Part shown: positions 10,262 to 20,738 of the stretch, in pieces
Layout: the number at the start of each line of letters is the position of its first letter
Position numbering within the stretch: the stretch's first letter is position 1
NCBI GenBank assembly: GCA_965223905.1
Contig: CBDCXV010000005.1
Coordinates: forward strand, 1-64,000
From: Candidatus Latescibacterota bacterium
GTDB lineage: Bacteria; Latescibacterota; UBA2968; UBA8231
Length of the DNA stretch: 64,000 nucleotides
Direction: 5' to 3'
Notes under the pieces: model-generated
Told to the model about the DNA's origin: nothing
The model's input: only the letters and a program-made list of their open reading frames with translations
Databases searched by the model: none
Position numbers and translations under genes: made by a program

Positions 10262-11563
10262 GTGACCGCCTCCTCCCTCGGTGTGGGGCTGATCGGTCTC
10301 GGCACCGTCGGCGGCGGCGTCGTCCGCCTGGTCGGGGACGCCTCCGAGTCGATGCAGCGCCGCCGCGCCGGCCTGGAGATCCGGCGGATAGCGGTGCGCG
10401 ACCCCGGCAGGCCGCGGGACGTCGAGGTCGACGCCGGTCTGCTGACCGCGGATCCCCTGGAGGTTGTCCGCGATCCCGGCGTCGGAATGGTGGTCGAGCT
10501 GACCGGGGCGGCGCCCGCGGCCGACTGGATCCGCGCCGCTCTCGAGGCGGGCAAGGACGTGGTCACCGCCAACAAGGCGGTCCTCGCCGAGCACGGCGAC
10601 GAACTGTTCGCCCTCGCCCTGGAGAACGGCGCCGACCTGATGTTCGAGGCCAGCGTCGCCGGCGGCATCCCGATCATTCGCTCCCTGCGCAACGGTCTGG
10701 TCGCCAACGAGGTCGAGTCCCTGTACGGCATCCTCAACGGCACCACCAACTACATCATGACCCGCATGACCCGCGGCGAGGGCAGCTACGCGGAGATCCT
10801 GGCCGATGCCCAGGCCCTGGGCTACGCCGAGCCCGACCCGACCATGGACGTCAGCGGCATGGACGCGGCCCAGAAGCTGGCGATCCTGTGCCGCATCGGC
10901 TTCCACACCACCGGCACCCACGCCGGCATCTACTGCGAGGGGATCGAGGGGATCGCCTCCGAGGACATCGAGTACGCCCGCGAGCTCGGGTACACGATCA
11001 AGCTGCTCGCCATCGCCAAGCGCGCCGGCGGCCGGGTGGAGGCGCGCGTGCACCCGGCGATGGTCCCGAGCGAGTCGCTGCTGGCCAACATCCACGACGA
11101 GTTCAACGCCATCGAGGTGGTCGGCAGCGCCGTCGACACGCAGGTCTTCTACGGCAAGGGGGCCGGCCGCATGCCGACGGCCAGCGCCGTGGTCGCCGAC
11201 ATGGTCGAGCTCGCCGAGCGCAGAGCGTCGGGGGCCGGCCCGGCGATTCGCGACATGATCCCCGCCGAAGGTGGGCCGGCCTTCGCCGACGTGCGGGAGG
11301 CGGAGATCCGCTTCTACCTGCGCCTGCTGGTGGCCGACGAACCCGGGGTCCTCGAGCGCATCGCCCGCATCCTGGCGCAGGAGCGGATCAGCATCGCCTC
11401 GGTGATCCAGAAGGAACGCGACCTCCAGGGCGGCAGCGTCCCCCTGATCATCGTCACCCACGAGGCCCGGGAAGAGGCGATGAGGCAGGCGGTGGCCGCC
11501 CTGAACCGGCTGGAGATGGTCGAGAAGGACGTGGTCCTGATCCGCATGGAAGAGCTGCAATGA
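10262..11563 (+). CDS. hom: Homoserine dehydrogenase with ACT domain
   Basis: GLGTVGGG, VVTANKA, FEASVAGGIP, GILNGTTNYI, GYAEPDPT, GKGAG; C-terminal ACT. Confidence 0.96.
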   Translation: MTASSLGVGLIGLGTVGGGVVRLVGDASESMQRRRAGLEIRRIAVRDPGRPRDVEVDAGLLTADPLEVVRDPGVGMVVELTGAAPAADWIRAALEAGKDVVTANKAVLAEHGDELFALALENGADLMFEASVAGGIPIIRSLRNGLVANEVESLYGILNGTTNYIMTRMTRGEGSYAEILADAQALGYAEPDPTMDVSGMDAAQKLAILCRIGFHTTGTHAGIYCEGIEGIASEDIEYARELGYTIKLLAIAKRAGGRVEARVHPAMVPSESLLANIHDEFNAIEVVGSAVDTQVFYGKGAGRMPTASAVVADMVELAERRASGAGPAIRDMIPAEGGPAFADVREAEIRFYLRLLVADEPGVLERIARILAQERISIASVIQKERDLQGGSVPLIIVTHEAREEAMRQAVAALNRLEMVEKDVVLIRMEELQ

Positions 11564-12744
11564 AGTACCTGGTCCTGGTTCCAGACGGGGCCGCCGACTA
11601 CCCCCTCGAGGAGCTCGGTGGCCGCACCCCGCTGCAGGCCGCGGCGACGCCGAACATGGACCGCCTCGCGCGCGAGGGCAGGGGCGGACTGGTGCGGACG
11701 ATCCCGCCGGAGCAGCACCCGGGCAGCGACGTCGGCAACCTCGAGATCTTCGGGTACGACAGCCGCGTCCACTACAGCGGCCGCGCCCCGCTCGAAGCGG
11801 CGAGCATGGGGGTGCCGCTCGGTGAGGAGGACGTCGCCTTCCGCTGCAACCTCATCACCCGCGACGGCGACACCCTCGCCGACTACAGCGCCGGCCATAT
11901 CGGAACCGAGGAGGCCGCGGAGCTGGTGGCGCTGGTCGCGGCGCAGCTGCAGCAGGACGGGGTCAGCTTCCATCCCGGGGTCGGGTACCGGCATCTCATG
12001 GTGTACAGGAACGGCCCCGAAGAGCTGCAATCCTTCCCGCCCCACGACATCATGGGGGAGTCGATTGCCGCGCATCTGCCCAGCGGGGAGGGGGCCGAGG
12101 AGATCCGCCGGCTGATGGCGGAGGCGGAACCGGTGCTCGCCGGGGCGGAGGTGAACAGGCGGCGTGTCGGGGCAGGCCTGTCCCCGGCCAACGCCATCTG
12201 GCTCTGGGGGTCGGGGCGCGCCCTGCAGCTGCCGGGCATCGAATCGAGGTTCGGGATCACCGGGGGCGTGATCTCCGCGGTCGACCTGGTTCGCGGCATC
12301 GGCGTCGCCGCGGGCCTGAGGGTCATCGAGGTGCCCGGGATCACCGGCTATCTCGATACCAACTACACCGGCAAGGCGGAGCATGCCCTTGCCGCCCTCG
12401 AAAGCGACGACTTCGTGTACGTCCACGTCGAAGCTCCGGACGAAGCCGGGCACAACGGGGACGTCGAGGGCAAGAAGCGGGCCATCGAGGATTTCGACGG
12501 CAAGGTGGTCGGCACCCTCCTCGCCGGGCTGGAGGCTCTGAAGGAGCCGGCGCGCATCCTGCTGGCGCCCGATCACCGCACCCCGATCGCGCTGCGAACC
12601 CACAGCCGCGAGCCGGTGCCGTTCGTTCTCTGGGGCGCCGGGATCGAGGCGGACGGGCTGGCTTCGTACAACGAGGTTGCGGCAGAGAAGGGAGCCGAGC
12701 GGCTCGACCACGGCCACCGCATGATCGAGATGCTGATGGCGTGA
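11560..12744 (+). CDS. apgM: Cofactor-independent phosphoglycerate mutase ApgM family (proposed homoserine kinase subgroup)
   Basis: ATGA overlap with hom; PDGAAD, TPLQAA.TPNMD, PGSDVGN, HVEAPDEAGH, PDHRTP..RTH. Confidence 0.9.
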   Translation: MKYLVLVPDGAADYPLEELGGRTPLQAAATPNMDRLAREGRGGLVRTIPPEQHPGSDVGNLEIFGYDSRVHYSGRAPLEAASMGVPLGEEDVAFRCNLITRDGDTLADYSAGHIGTEEAAELVALVAAQLQQDGVSFHPGVGYRHLMVYRNGPEELQSFPPHDIMGESIAAHLPSGEGAEEIRRLMAEAEPVLAGAEVNRRRVGAGLSPANAIWLWGSGRALQLPGIESRFGITGGVISAVDLVRGIGVAAGLRVIEVPGITGYLDTNYTGKAEHALAALESDDFVYVHVEAPDEAGHNGDVEGKKRAIEDFDGKVVGTLLAGLEALKEPARILLAPDHRTPIALRTHSREPVPFVLWGAGIEADGLASYNEVAAEKGAERLDHGHRMIEMLMA

Positions 12745-12855
12745 GCTGTTGAGGGCCGGAGGGACGCGGCGCGGCGGCCGGTTTCGGGATCCCAATCTGA
12801 TTCAATCACTGAAATGCCAGTCGGTAGCTTATTGGAACATGGAGGCATAGGAACG

Positions 12856-13896
12856 ATGGAAGACAGGTACGACGTGGCCCTCGTCGGGGCCACCGGCGCC
12901 GTGGGAGAGGTGATGCTCGAGCTCCTGGCGGAGCGGGACTTCCCGGTGGGGGAGCTGAAGCTGCTGTCGTCGCCGCGCTCGGCCGGCAGGGAGATCGAGT
13001 TCCGCGGCGAGAAGCTGATCGTGCAGGACCTCGCCGAAGCCTCGTTCGACGGCATCGATCTCGTGCTGTCGTCGGCCACCGGGGCCATCAGCCGGGAGTT
13101 CGCCCCGCGCGCCATCGGCAGCGGCGCCATCGTCGTCGACAACACCTCGGCCTTCCGCATGGAGGAGGGGGTCCCCCTCGTCGTCCCGGAGATCAACCCG
13201 GGGGACCTCGAGCGGCATACCGGCATCATCGCCAACCCGAACTGCTCCACTATCATCCTCGACGTCGCCATCTGGCCCCTGCACCGGGTCAACCGGATCC
13301 GGCGCGCCGTGGTGTCGACCTACCAGGCGATCAGCGGCGCCGGAGCCAAGGCGATGGCCGAGCTGGACGAGCAGACCCGCGAGGTGCTGGCCGGAAACCC
13401 GGCCTCGCCGCGGGAGCTGCCCCACCAGATCGCTTTCAACCTGTTCTCGCACAACTCCGCCATCGGCGAGGAGGGGTACTGCGAGGAAGAGGAGAAGATG
13501 GTCCGGGAGACCCGGAAGATCTTTCACGACGACCGGATCGGGATCGCGCCGACCTGCGTCCGCGTCCCGGTGATGCGCGCCCATTCCGAGTCGGTCAACA
13601 TCGAGTTCGAGGAGCCGATGAGCCCGGAGCGCGCCAGGGAGATCCTCGCCGCGGCACCGGGAGTCGAGATCGTCGACGATCCGGGGAACAACCACTTCCC
13701 GATGCCGATCGAGGCCTCGGGCAGGGACGAGGTGCTCGTCGGGCGCATCCGCCGGGACATCTCGCGCAGCGACGGCCGCGGCATAGAGCTGTTCGTCAGC
13801 GGCGACCAGCTGCGCAAGGGAGCGGCCCTCAACGCCATCCAGATCGCCGAGGCGCTGATCGCCAAGGGGCTTCTCGAGCGGGCGGTGACCGCCTGA
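12856..13896 (+). CDS. asd: Aspartate-semialdehyde dehydrogenase
   Basis: VGATGAVG, DNTSAFRM, ANPNCST, TYQAISGAG, CVRVPV.RAHS, DQLRKGAALN. Confidence 0.96.
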   Translation: MEDRYDVALVGATGAVGEVMLELLAERDFPVGELKLLSSPRSAGREIEFRGEKLIVQDLAEASFDGIDLVLSSATGAISREFAPRAIGSGAIVVDNTSAFRMEEGVPLVVPEINPGDLERHTGIIANPNCSTIILDVAIWPLHRVNRIRRAVVSTYQAISGAGAKAMAELDEQTREVLAGNPASPRELPHQIAFNLFSHNSAIGEEGYCEEEEKMVRETRKIFHDDRIGIAPTCVRVPVMRAHSESVNIEFEEPMSPERAREILAAAPGVEIVDDPGNNHFPMPIEASGRDEVLVGRIRRDISRSDGRGIELFVSGDQLRKGAALNAIQIAEALIAKGLLERAVTA

Positions 13897-14035
13897 GCTC
13901 CGCCTGCGGTCCGGCGAAAGCTGCGGGCCCCTGGGCTGCCAGGGACCTCCCTTCTGCGCGCGCCAATCCGCCAGAATTCAGCCCCGCAGCAAAGCGGTGG
14001 ACAGGGCTGGCCGGATGGACTCCTTCCCCGATCCG

Positions 14036-15178
14036 CTACAGTTCCCCCTGCACGCAGACCCGGTCGATGAAGCGGGAGTACACCTCGACCCCCTTCCGCA
14101 GCTGATCGACCTCGATCCACTCGTCCGCGGTGTGGGCTTGGGCGATGTCCCCCGGCCCGAGCACCACCAGCTTTTTCATCTTTCTCACGTAATGGATGCC
14201 GTCGGTGCCGAAGGGCACGGTGCGCGCCTTGCGGGTGCCGGTGAGCCTGAGGGCGGTCCGCACCCAGGGGGAATCTACCGGCGTGTACACCGGGCTGCCG
14301 GAGCTGTTGTAGCGGCAGTCGAGGCGGTGCCGGCGGGCCGAGTCCCGCACGCGCTCGACGATCTCGCGGACGTCGACGCCGGGCATGCAGCGATAGGAGA
14401 GCCGGCAGATGCTGCGCGCCGGGCTGATGTTCATGGCGATGTTGTGGTCGTTGACGCTGATCGTCAGCTCCGAGTGCGGCGGGTCGAACTCGTCGTTGCG
14501 GAAGCGCTCGGCGGTGAGCACCAGCTCGTTGAGCTCGGCCATCTCCTGCAGGAAGGGGATCATCTTCAGGTTGGCGTTGACCCCCCGCAGGGTGCTGGTG
14601 TGCGCCGGCTTCCCCTTCGAGGTGACCACGAACGACATCCCGGCCTTGTGGGCGTAGACCACGCGCAGGCGGGTCGGCTCGCAGACGATGCCGTAGCCTC
14701 CCGCGGCTTCGGCGAACAGGCGGGACTCGTCGGTCACCATGCGGGCCCCGACCCCCGAGATCTCCTCGTCCGCGGTGATGACGATGTAGAGCGGCGCCTT
14801 GAGGTCCCCGGCCTTGAAGCGGGCCGCGGCGCAGATCGAGGCGGCCAGCGGTCCCTTCATGTCGGCGCTGCCGCGGCCGATCACCCGGCCGTCGGACACC
14901 CGCGCTTCGTAGGGATCCCCGGTCCAGCCGTCCTCCATGTTGGCGGGGACGACGTCGTTGTGGCTCATCAGCGCGAGCCCGCCGGTTCCCTTGCCGAGCC
15001 TGGCGACTACGCTGAGCTTCTCGACGCCGCTGGCGTCGGTGTACGGCAGGCTCTCGATCTGGAAGCCCAACTGCCGCAATATCCTGGCGCTGTGCCGGGT
15101 GCAGGCGACGTTGCTGGTCAGGCTTTCGGAGGGGAAGTTGACGATCCCCCTGGTAACCTCGACGACATCGAGCTTCAT
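14036..15178 (-). CDS. M20 family metallopeptidase / ArgE-like deacylase
   Basis: SHNDVVP, GRGSADMKG, TADEE, CEPT, AHTADEW. Confidence 0.88.
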   Translation of the reverse strand: MKLDVVEVTRGIVNFPSESLTSNVACTRHSARILRQLGFQIESLPYTDASGVEKLSVVARLGKGTGGLALMSHNDVVPANMEDGWTGDPYEARVSDGRVIGRGSADMKGPLAASICAAARFKAGDLKAPLYIVITADEEISGVGARMVTDESRLFAEAAGGYGIVCEPTRLRVVYAHKAGMSFVVTSKGKPAHTSTLRGVNANLKMIPFLQEMAELNELVLTAERFRNDEFDPPHSELTISVNDHNIAMNISPARSICRLSYRCMPGVDVREIVERVRDSARRHRLDCRYNSSGSPVYTPVDSPWVRTALRLTGTRKARTVPFGTDGIHYVRKMKKLVVLGPGDIAQAHTADEWIEVDQLRKGVEVYSRFIDRVCVQGEL

Positions 15179-15357
15179 CTGCTGGTCCGATCTTGTGGTA
15201 GAAAGGTGGGGGCGACGGTAGAGGAAGCCCGCAAGATATGGCATGGTTTCGGCAGTTTCCAGCAGCAGAGAGGCCTCCGCGAACCCTGTTTCCGGGACAC
15301 TGAAGACTGCCGCCTCCTGGCTGGACGACGCCAGGAGGCAGGCGCAGGAGAAGGGGA

Positions 15358-16365
15358 ATGAACAGACCGCCTGAAGAGTACCTGATCGCGGAGGAGGAAC
15401 GGCTGCTCGCCTTCGTGACCCGCTGCTTCGAAAGGGCCGGGACCAGCCCCGGCCACGCCGCCTGCATAAGCCGGCTGCTGGTCAACTCCGACCTGCGCGG
15501 GGTGCGCTCCCACGGCACCCGCCAGGTGAACCACTACTGCCGGTTCTTCGAAACCGGCGAGCTCAACCCGGACCCCGATATTGCGGTGCTGCAGGAGAGC
15601 CCGACCCAGGCGGCCCTCGACGGCGACGGTTCGCTCGGGTACCTGCCGATGGTGAAAGCCTCGGAAATGGCCGTGGACAAGGCGCGGGAGTACGGCCTCG
15701 GGATCGCGACGGTGCGCCACATCGGCCATTACGGCTCCGCCGGACATTACGCCCGCATCTGCATGGAGGCGGGGATGATCGGGTTCTCGGTTCAGGGGAC
15801 GCGCGATCACGGCAACCGGCGGGGAAACCGGGAGAGACCGAAGCTCGCCTACTACGGAAACCCGCCGATCTGCTTTGCGCTGCCGTCGGGAGAGGGGGAC
15901 CCGATCGTCCTCGACGCGGCGACCTGCATCATGGCCGACTACCAGCGCGGCCCGGAGTTCGATGCCCTGCACCAGAAGATCCCGGCCGCCTTCTTCAAGA
16001 GCATGGGGTACACCGCGGTGGCGACGATGCTCGGAGGCGGGCTCGCCGGGGTCGGCCTGCCGCGCGCCGGGGAGGTGAAAGAGACCTGGCCGGCCGCCGG
16101 TTCCGGAGGCATGGTGCTCGCCATCCGCATCGACGGCCTGCTCTCCGAAGCGGACTTCCGCGCCGAGGTCGACCGCCTCGTCGCCGACGTGCGCACCTCG
16201 TACGAGCCGATGCCGGGGATGGAGGAGGCGCTGCTGCCCGGGGCGATCGAGGAGCGGCGCATGCAGCTGCACCGCCGCGAGGGCATCCGCTACGGCGAGC
16301 TGGAGGAGGAACAGCTGCGGGAGGTGGGGGCGCGCCTCGGGGTGCCGCTTCCCTGGGACGAGTAG
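15358..16365 (+). CDS. Ldh_2 family NAD(P)-dependent oxidoreductase
   Basis: SDLRGVRSHG, LDGDGSLG, HIGHYGSAGHY, GNPPICFA, LLPG. Confidence 0.88.
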   Translation: MNRPPEEYLIAEEERLLAFVTRCFERAGTSPGHAACISRLLVNSDLRGVRSHGTRQVNHYCRFFETGELNPDPDIAVLQESPTQAALDGDGSLGYLPMVKASEMAVDKAREYGLGIATVRHIGHYGSAGHYARICMEAGMIGFSVQGTRDHGNRRGNRERPKLAYYGNPPICFALPSGEGDPIVLDAATCIMADYQRGPEFDALHQKIPAAFFKSMGYTAVATMLGGGLAGVGLPRAGEVKETWPAAGSGGMVLAIRIDGLLSEADFRAEVDRLVADVRTSYEPMPGMEEALLPGAIEERRMQLHRREGIRYGELEEEQLREVGARLGVPLPWDE

Positions 16366-16454
16366 GCGCCCGCAATCGCGGCACCGCGCCCAGGGGCGCG
16401 GCCTGATTCCCGCCTCTATCCCACATCGAATTCCAACACTGACAGGAGGACGAC

Positions 16455-17552
16455 ATGGCAAACTACAGCGCCGCAGTAATCGGCCTGGGCTGGATGGGGC
16501 TGCTCTACGACCTCGCCCAGCGCATCGGCGACCGCTTCGAGATCGAGGACGCCGACCGGCCGACCCCGGAGCTCGACGTCCACCGCCGCTTCCATCACCA
16601 CGATCACCCCGGGGACGAGGGCAACCCGACCTCGTACTCCGAGGCGCTGTGGAGCCGGCCGGACACCGAGCTGGTCGCCGCGGCCGACAGGGACCCCAAG
16701 AGGCTGGATGCCTTCAGCGAGCGATACGGCATCGACGCGGTCTTCACCGATGCCGAGGCCATGCTGCGGGAGGTGAAGCCGGAGATCGTCGCGGTGGCGA
16801 CGAATACCCGGCACCGCGCCGACCTCACCTGTCTCGCGGTCGAGTGCGGAGCCAGGGGAATCGTCACCGAAAAACCGATGGCCCACACCCTCGAGGAGGT
16901 CGACCGCATGGTCGGAACCTGCGCCGCGGCCGGCGTGCCCCTGAACTGCGGCTCGATCACCACCACCCATCCGTCGTTCGCGGTCGCCAAGCGTCTGCTG
17001 AACGAAGGGGCCATCGGCGAATTGCAGTCGATCGAGGCCGGCGGCGCCGGGGCGCAGCATCAGAACTGGTCCTACTACTTCGACCGGCTTCCCGACTGGG
17101 TGGTCGGCAGCGGCGACGGACCCCGGCGCGAATCCGGCAGCAGCGAGTTTCAGGGGCAGGGGATGGCCTGGGCCGAAGGCGGGCCGGCGATGCATTTCCG
17201 CCACGGCGCCCCCGGCGTGCGCCTGACCGGCAGCAGCGGGGAGATGACCTTCGACTTCGGCGACGGCTGGCAGCTGTTCCAGGACGTCGAGATCGAGGGC
17301 GCCAAGGGCCGGGTGCCGGTACCGTGGCCGAAGCCGCAGTTCAACGTCCCGTACGGGGCCGTGTACTGCCTCGACGACGTGATGAGGTGCCTGGCAGGGG
17401 AGCTCGACGAGCCAAAGAACTCTGGCAGGCGGGTGGGAATCGTGCTGGAAGTGGAGATCGCGCTCAAGGAGTCCTCGGCCCGGGGCAGCCGCAAGGTCGA
17501 GCTGCCGCTTCCCGACCGCAGCCTCGGGCTGCACTACGACTGGTTCAGGTAG
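16455..17552 (+). CDS. Gfo/Idh/MocA family oxidoreductase
   Basis: IGLGWMG, EIVAVAT, TEKPMA; AGGAGG RBS. Confidence 0.88.
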   Translation: MANYSAAVIGLGWMGLLYDLAQRIGDRFEIEDADRPTPELDVHRRFHHHDHPGDEGNPTSYSEALWSRPDTELVAAADRDPKRLDAFSERYGIDAVFTDAEAMLREVKPEIVAVATNTRHRADLTCLAVECGARGIVTEKPMAHTLEEVDRMVGTCAAAGVPLNCGSITTTHPSFAVAKRLLNEGAIGELQSIEAGGAGAQHQNWSYYFDRLPDWVVGSGDGPRRESGSSEFQGQGMAWAEGGPAMHFRHGAPGVRLTGSSGEMTFDFGDGWQLFQDVEIEGAKGRVPVPWPKPQFNVPYGAVYCLDDVMRCLAGELDEPKNSGRRVGIVLEVEIALKESSARGSRKVELPLPDRSLGLHYDWFR

Positions 17553-17750
17553 CGGAACGGCGGGTGGTGGCGCCCGATGGCCTGCAGACCCCTCGGCACC
17601 AGGTATGAGGGTGCATCACCGGTTGCCGCGACCGGTCTCCAGGCGAACGTCAAGACGATACCGTTGGACAGTTGAAACCCCGCCGGCAGCTTCTCGCGGC
17701 GACGAATCGGCAACCCTTTCCCTCAATCGATCCGGATCGGAGGCACACCG

Positions 17751-19337
17751 ATGGCTGACATACCGCGCATCATGTTCTACCACGACGGCAGGCATCCCCT
17801 CATCTACATGTACGAGCCGCCGATGCAGAAGGAGGAGTACGAGCAGGCGGTCGACGAGCTGGCCGGCACCCCGATCGACGCCATCATGTTCTGCCTCGGG
17901 GACGGCCGCACCGTGCTCCACGACACCGAGGTCGGGGAGCTGTGGGGCCACAACATGGAGACCTGGACCCACGAGGTATTCCGGCGCGCGCACCAGAACG
18001 CCCGCGCCCTGATCGACAGCGGGCACGATCCGCTGCGCGTCGTCTCGGAGCGGGCCCGCGAGAAGGGGATCGCCTTCTACCCGACGCTGCTGGTGCAGCA
18101 GGGACGCGGCGACCGGGAGAGCGACACCCGCTGCTCGAACTTCCGCTTCGACAACACCCATCTCGAAATCGGCGCCAAGCCCGGTACCGGGGAGCTGCCG
18201 TACGCCACCTGCCTCGACTTCATGCACGAGGAGGTGCGCGAGGAGCGGTTCGCCCTGATCTCGGAGACGCTGCGCAAATACGACGGCGACGGCTTCGAGC
18301 TGCAGATGAACTACACGCCCCACTACTTCCACCCGGACGAGGTGGAGGAGGGCAAACCGGTCCTGAGCGCCTGGATCAAACGGGTGTACGAAGAGGTCAA
18401 GGCAAGCGGCCCCGAGCGCCATCTCGTCATCCGCATCCCGGCGAGCATCGAGGGCTGCAACGGGGTCGGCATGGACGTGAAGGCCTGGATCGACGAGGGG
18501 ATCGTCGACGCCCTGGTGGCGCAGACCTTCTCCGGCCCGGAGCTGATCAACACCAACGCCGACTACACGGAGCTGGTCGAGGCGGCGCGCGGCTCGGGCT
18601 GCAAGGTCATCGGCGCCATCCAGTCGCACGTCGACTCCGACCGCCTCGGGGAGGGCCCGGTCTCGATGACGCGGGCCTGCGCCACCAATTGCTGGGATCA
18701 GGGGGTCGACGGACTCTACCTGGCGCACTGGTTCAACCTGTGGCCGTACGGGGCCGATTTCTACGAGCGCTTGCGCGAGCTTCCCCACCCCGACATCATG
18801 GCCCCGCGCGACAAGTTCTACTTCGCGCCGACCATGACCGGCCGCTACCCGGAACCGCAGCTGGAGCCGGGTGTCGAGATGGAGCTGCCGAAGGAGCTGC
18901 AGGAGGGGGAGAGCGCGGCCGTGCACCTGAGGGTTGGCGACGACCTGCGGCGCTGGGCCGCGGCCGGCAGGGTGCACGAGGTGATCCTGCGCTTCCGCCT
19001 GATGTCGACGACGGAGCTCGACAAAGTCAGCTTCCATCTCAACGGAAAGCAGCTGCCTGAAAGCTGCCTGCGCCGGATCAACGAGATGTACCGGATGAGC
19101 CGCCCCCGCTACCGCGCCGGGTCGGCCTACTGGTTCGTGTTCCGGCTGCAGGAGGAGCACTGGCCGGTCCCGGGCATCAACGGGATCGAGGTGAAGCTGC
19201 AGGAGCGCGACAAGGCGCTGACCATGCCGCTGGTGGTGCGGGACGTCGAGCTGGAGACGCGCTACCTGATGGGCAGGAACTACCACCGATCCTTCGTCGA
19301 CGACGATCTCGGCCCGCACGAGCACGCATCCGACTAG
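17751..19337 (+). CDS. GHL10-like TIM-barrel protein of unknown function
   Basis: FYHDGRH, DPLRVV..ARE.GI, LDFMHEEVRE, YDGDGFELQM, GVDGLYL; C-terminal beta domain. Confidence 0.6.
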   Translation: MADIPRIMFYHDGRHPLIYMYEPPMQKEEYEQAVDELAGTPIDAIMFCLGDGRTVLHDTEVGELWGHNMETWTHEVFRRAHQNARALIDSGHDPLRVVSERAREKGIAFYPTLLVQQGRGDRESDTRCSNFRFDNTHLEIGAKPGTGELPYATCLDFMHEEVREERFALISETLRKYDGDGFELQMNYTPHYFHPDEVEEGKPVLSAWIKRVYEEVKASGPERHLVIRIPASIEGCNGVGMDVKAWIDEGIVDALVAQTFSGPELINTNADYTELVEAARGSGCKVIGAIQSHVDSDRLGEGPVSMTRACATNCWDQGVDGLYLAHWFNLWPYGADFYERLRELPHPDIMAPRDKFYFAPTMTGRYPEPQLEPGVEMELPKELQEGESAAVHLRVGDDLRRWAAAGRVHEVILRFRLMSTTELDKVSFHLNGKQLPESCLRRINEMYRMSRPRYRAGSAYWFVFRLQEEHWPVPGINGIEVKLQERDKALTMPLVVRDVELETRYLMGRNYHRSFVDDDLGPHEHASD

Positions 19338-19360
19338 TGCACTGAATCACGGACCCCTGC

Positions 19361-20623
19361 CTACCGGACCCGCACCCCGGCCTGGAACACCGCCCGGACG
19401 TCGCTGAAGGCGGCGACGTCCGCGGTCGGGTCGCCGCCGAAGGCAGCGAGGTCGGCCTCCTTTCCGACCTCGATGGTCCCGACCTGGCCGGCGATGCCGG
19501 CCGCCTCCGCGGAGATCCGGGTCGCCGCGACCAGGGCCTCGGCCGGGGTGAAGCCGCATTCGACCAGCAGCTGCAGGTCGTAGTCGATGTGGCCGAACGC
19601 CAGGTTCCCCACACCCGAGTCCGTGCCCGGCACGACCCGTTCCTTCAGGCAGTAGTCGAGCATCCTTCGCATCAGGTCGAGGCGCTTCTCCGCCCGCTGC
19701 TCGAGGTGGGCGAGCTCCGCCTCTTCCTCGGGACGGAGCTCCCCCCCGTCGCGCCGCCGGCGCAGGGCCACCATCTCGGGGTAGTTGGTCCAGGCCTGCA
19801 GGGTGGGGCTGAGCCAGATTCCGGACTCGGCCAGCATCTCGGCGACCTTGGGGTCGAAGCGCATCTCGTGGTCCGGGTCGAGGAACTCGACGTGCTCGAT
19901 CAGGTCGATGCCGGCCTCGACGGCCCGCACCATCGACTCCTTGGCGCGGCAGTGGGCCGCGGTGAGCCGGTGAAACTGGCGCGCCTCCCCGACCAGGGCC
20001 TGAAGCTCGCGGGTCGAGTAGGTGGCGATTCCGGGGATGGTGCCCGTCGTGCCGCCGCCGGAGGCCATCACCTTGATGTAGTCGGCCCCCTCGTGCACCA
20101 GCCGCCGCACCGAGCGGCGGATCTCCTCCTCGCCGTCGGCGACCTCGTTGCACATGTGGAAGTGGCCCCCGGTGCAGGTGATCGGGCGGCCGCTGACCAG
20201 CATGCGCGGCCCCGGGATGTATCCCCGCCGCAGTCCTTCCTTCAGGGTGAAGCCGATCCTGTTGCGGGCCCCGTGCTCGCGCAGGGTGGTGATGCCGGCC
20301 TGCAGGTGCCGGCGCATGTTCATGGCCCCGATCAGCACCATGGTCTCGTCGCTTTCGGGGAAGATCTCGTCGTAGGCGCGGCCGTCCCCGGCGAGGCTGA
20401 GGTGGGTGTGGCCGTCTATCAGACCGGGGGTCAGGCAGCAGCCGGGCAGGTCGACCGCGGGGGTGCCGGGGGGCGCTTCCTTCGCGACCGCTTCCGCCGG
20501 TCCGACCGCAGCGATGAGGCCGTCCCGCACGAACACCGCCTCCCCGGATCGGGCGCTGCCGCCGAGGCCGTCGGCGAGCAGCCCGGGCCGTATCAGAACT
20601 GTCTGTGAATCCGATTCAGTCAT
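19361..20623 (-). CDS. Metal-dependent amidohydrolase
   Basis: PGLIDGHTH, IKVMASGG, AAHC, IEH, PGTDSG, GTIEVGKEADL. Confidence 0.9.
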   Translation of the reverse strand: MTESDSQTVLIRPGLLADGLGGSARSGEAVFVRDGLIAAVGPAEAVAKEAPPGTPAVDLPGCCLTPGLIDGHTHLSLAGDGRAYDEIFPESDETMVLIGAMNMRRHLQAGITTLREHGARNRIGFTLKEGLRRGYIPGPRMLVSGRPITCTGGHFHMCNEVADGEEEIRRSVRRLVHEGADYIKVMASGGGTTGTIPGIATYSTRELQALVGEARQFHRLTAAHCRAKESMVRAVEAGIDLIEHVEFLDPDHEMRFDPKVAEMLAESGIWLSPTLQAWTNYPEMVALRRRRDGGELRPEEEAELAHLEQRAEKRLDLMRRMLDYCLKERVVPGTDSGVGNLAFGHIDYDLQLLVECGFTPAEALVAATRISAEAAGIAGQVGTIEVGKEADLAAFGGDPTADVAAFSDVRAVFQAGVRVR

Positions 20624-20738
20624 ACCTTGTCTCCCCGTTGCGGTGTCGGAAATCGGTGCAATAATAGACCGGGTTCGCCGCCCGCCGCCAAGGCGGCGAC
20701 GCCCCGGCGAACGAACGGCCCGGCCGGAGTGGGCGCGA

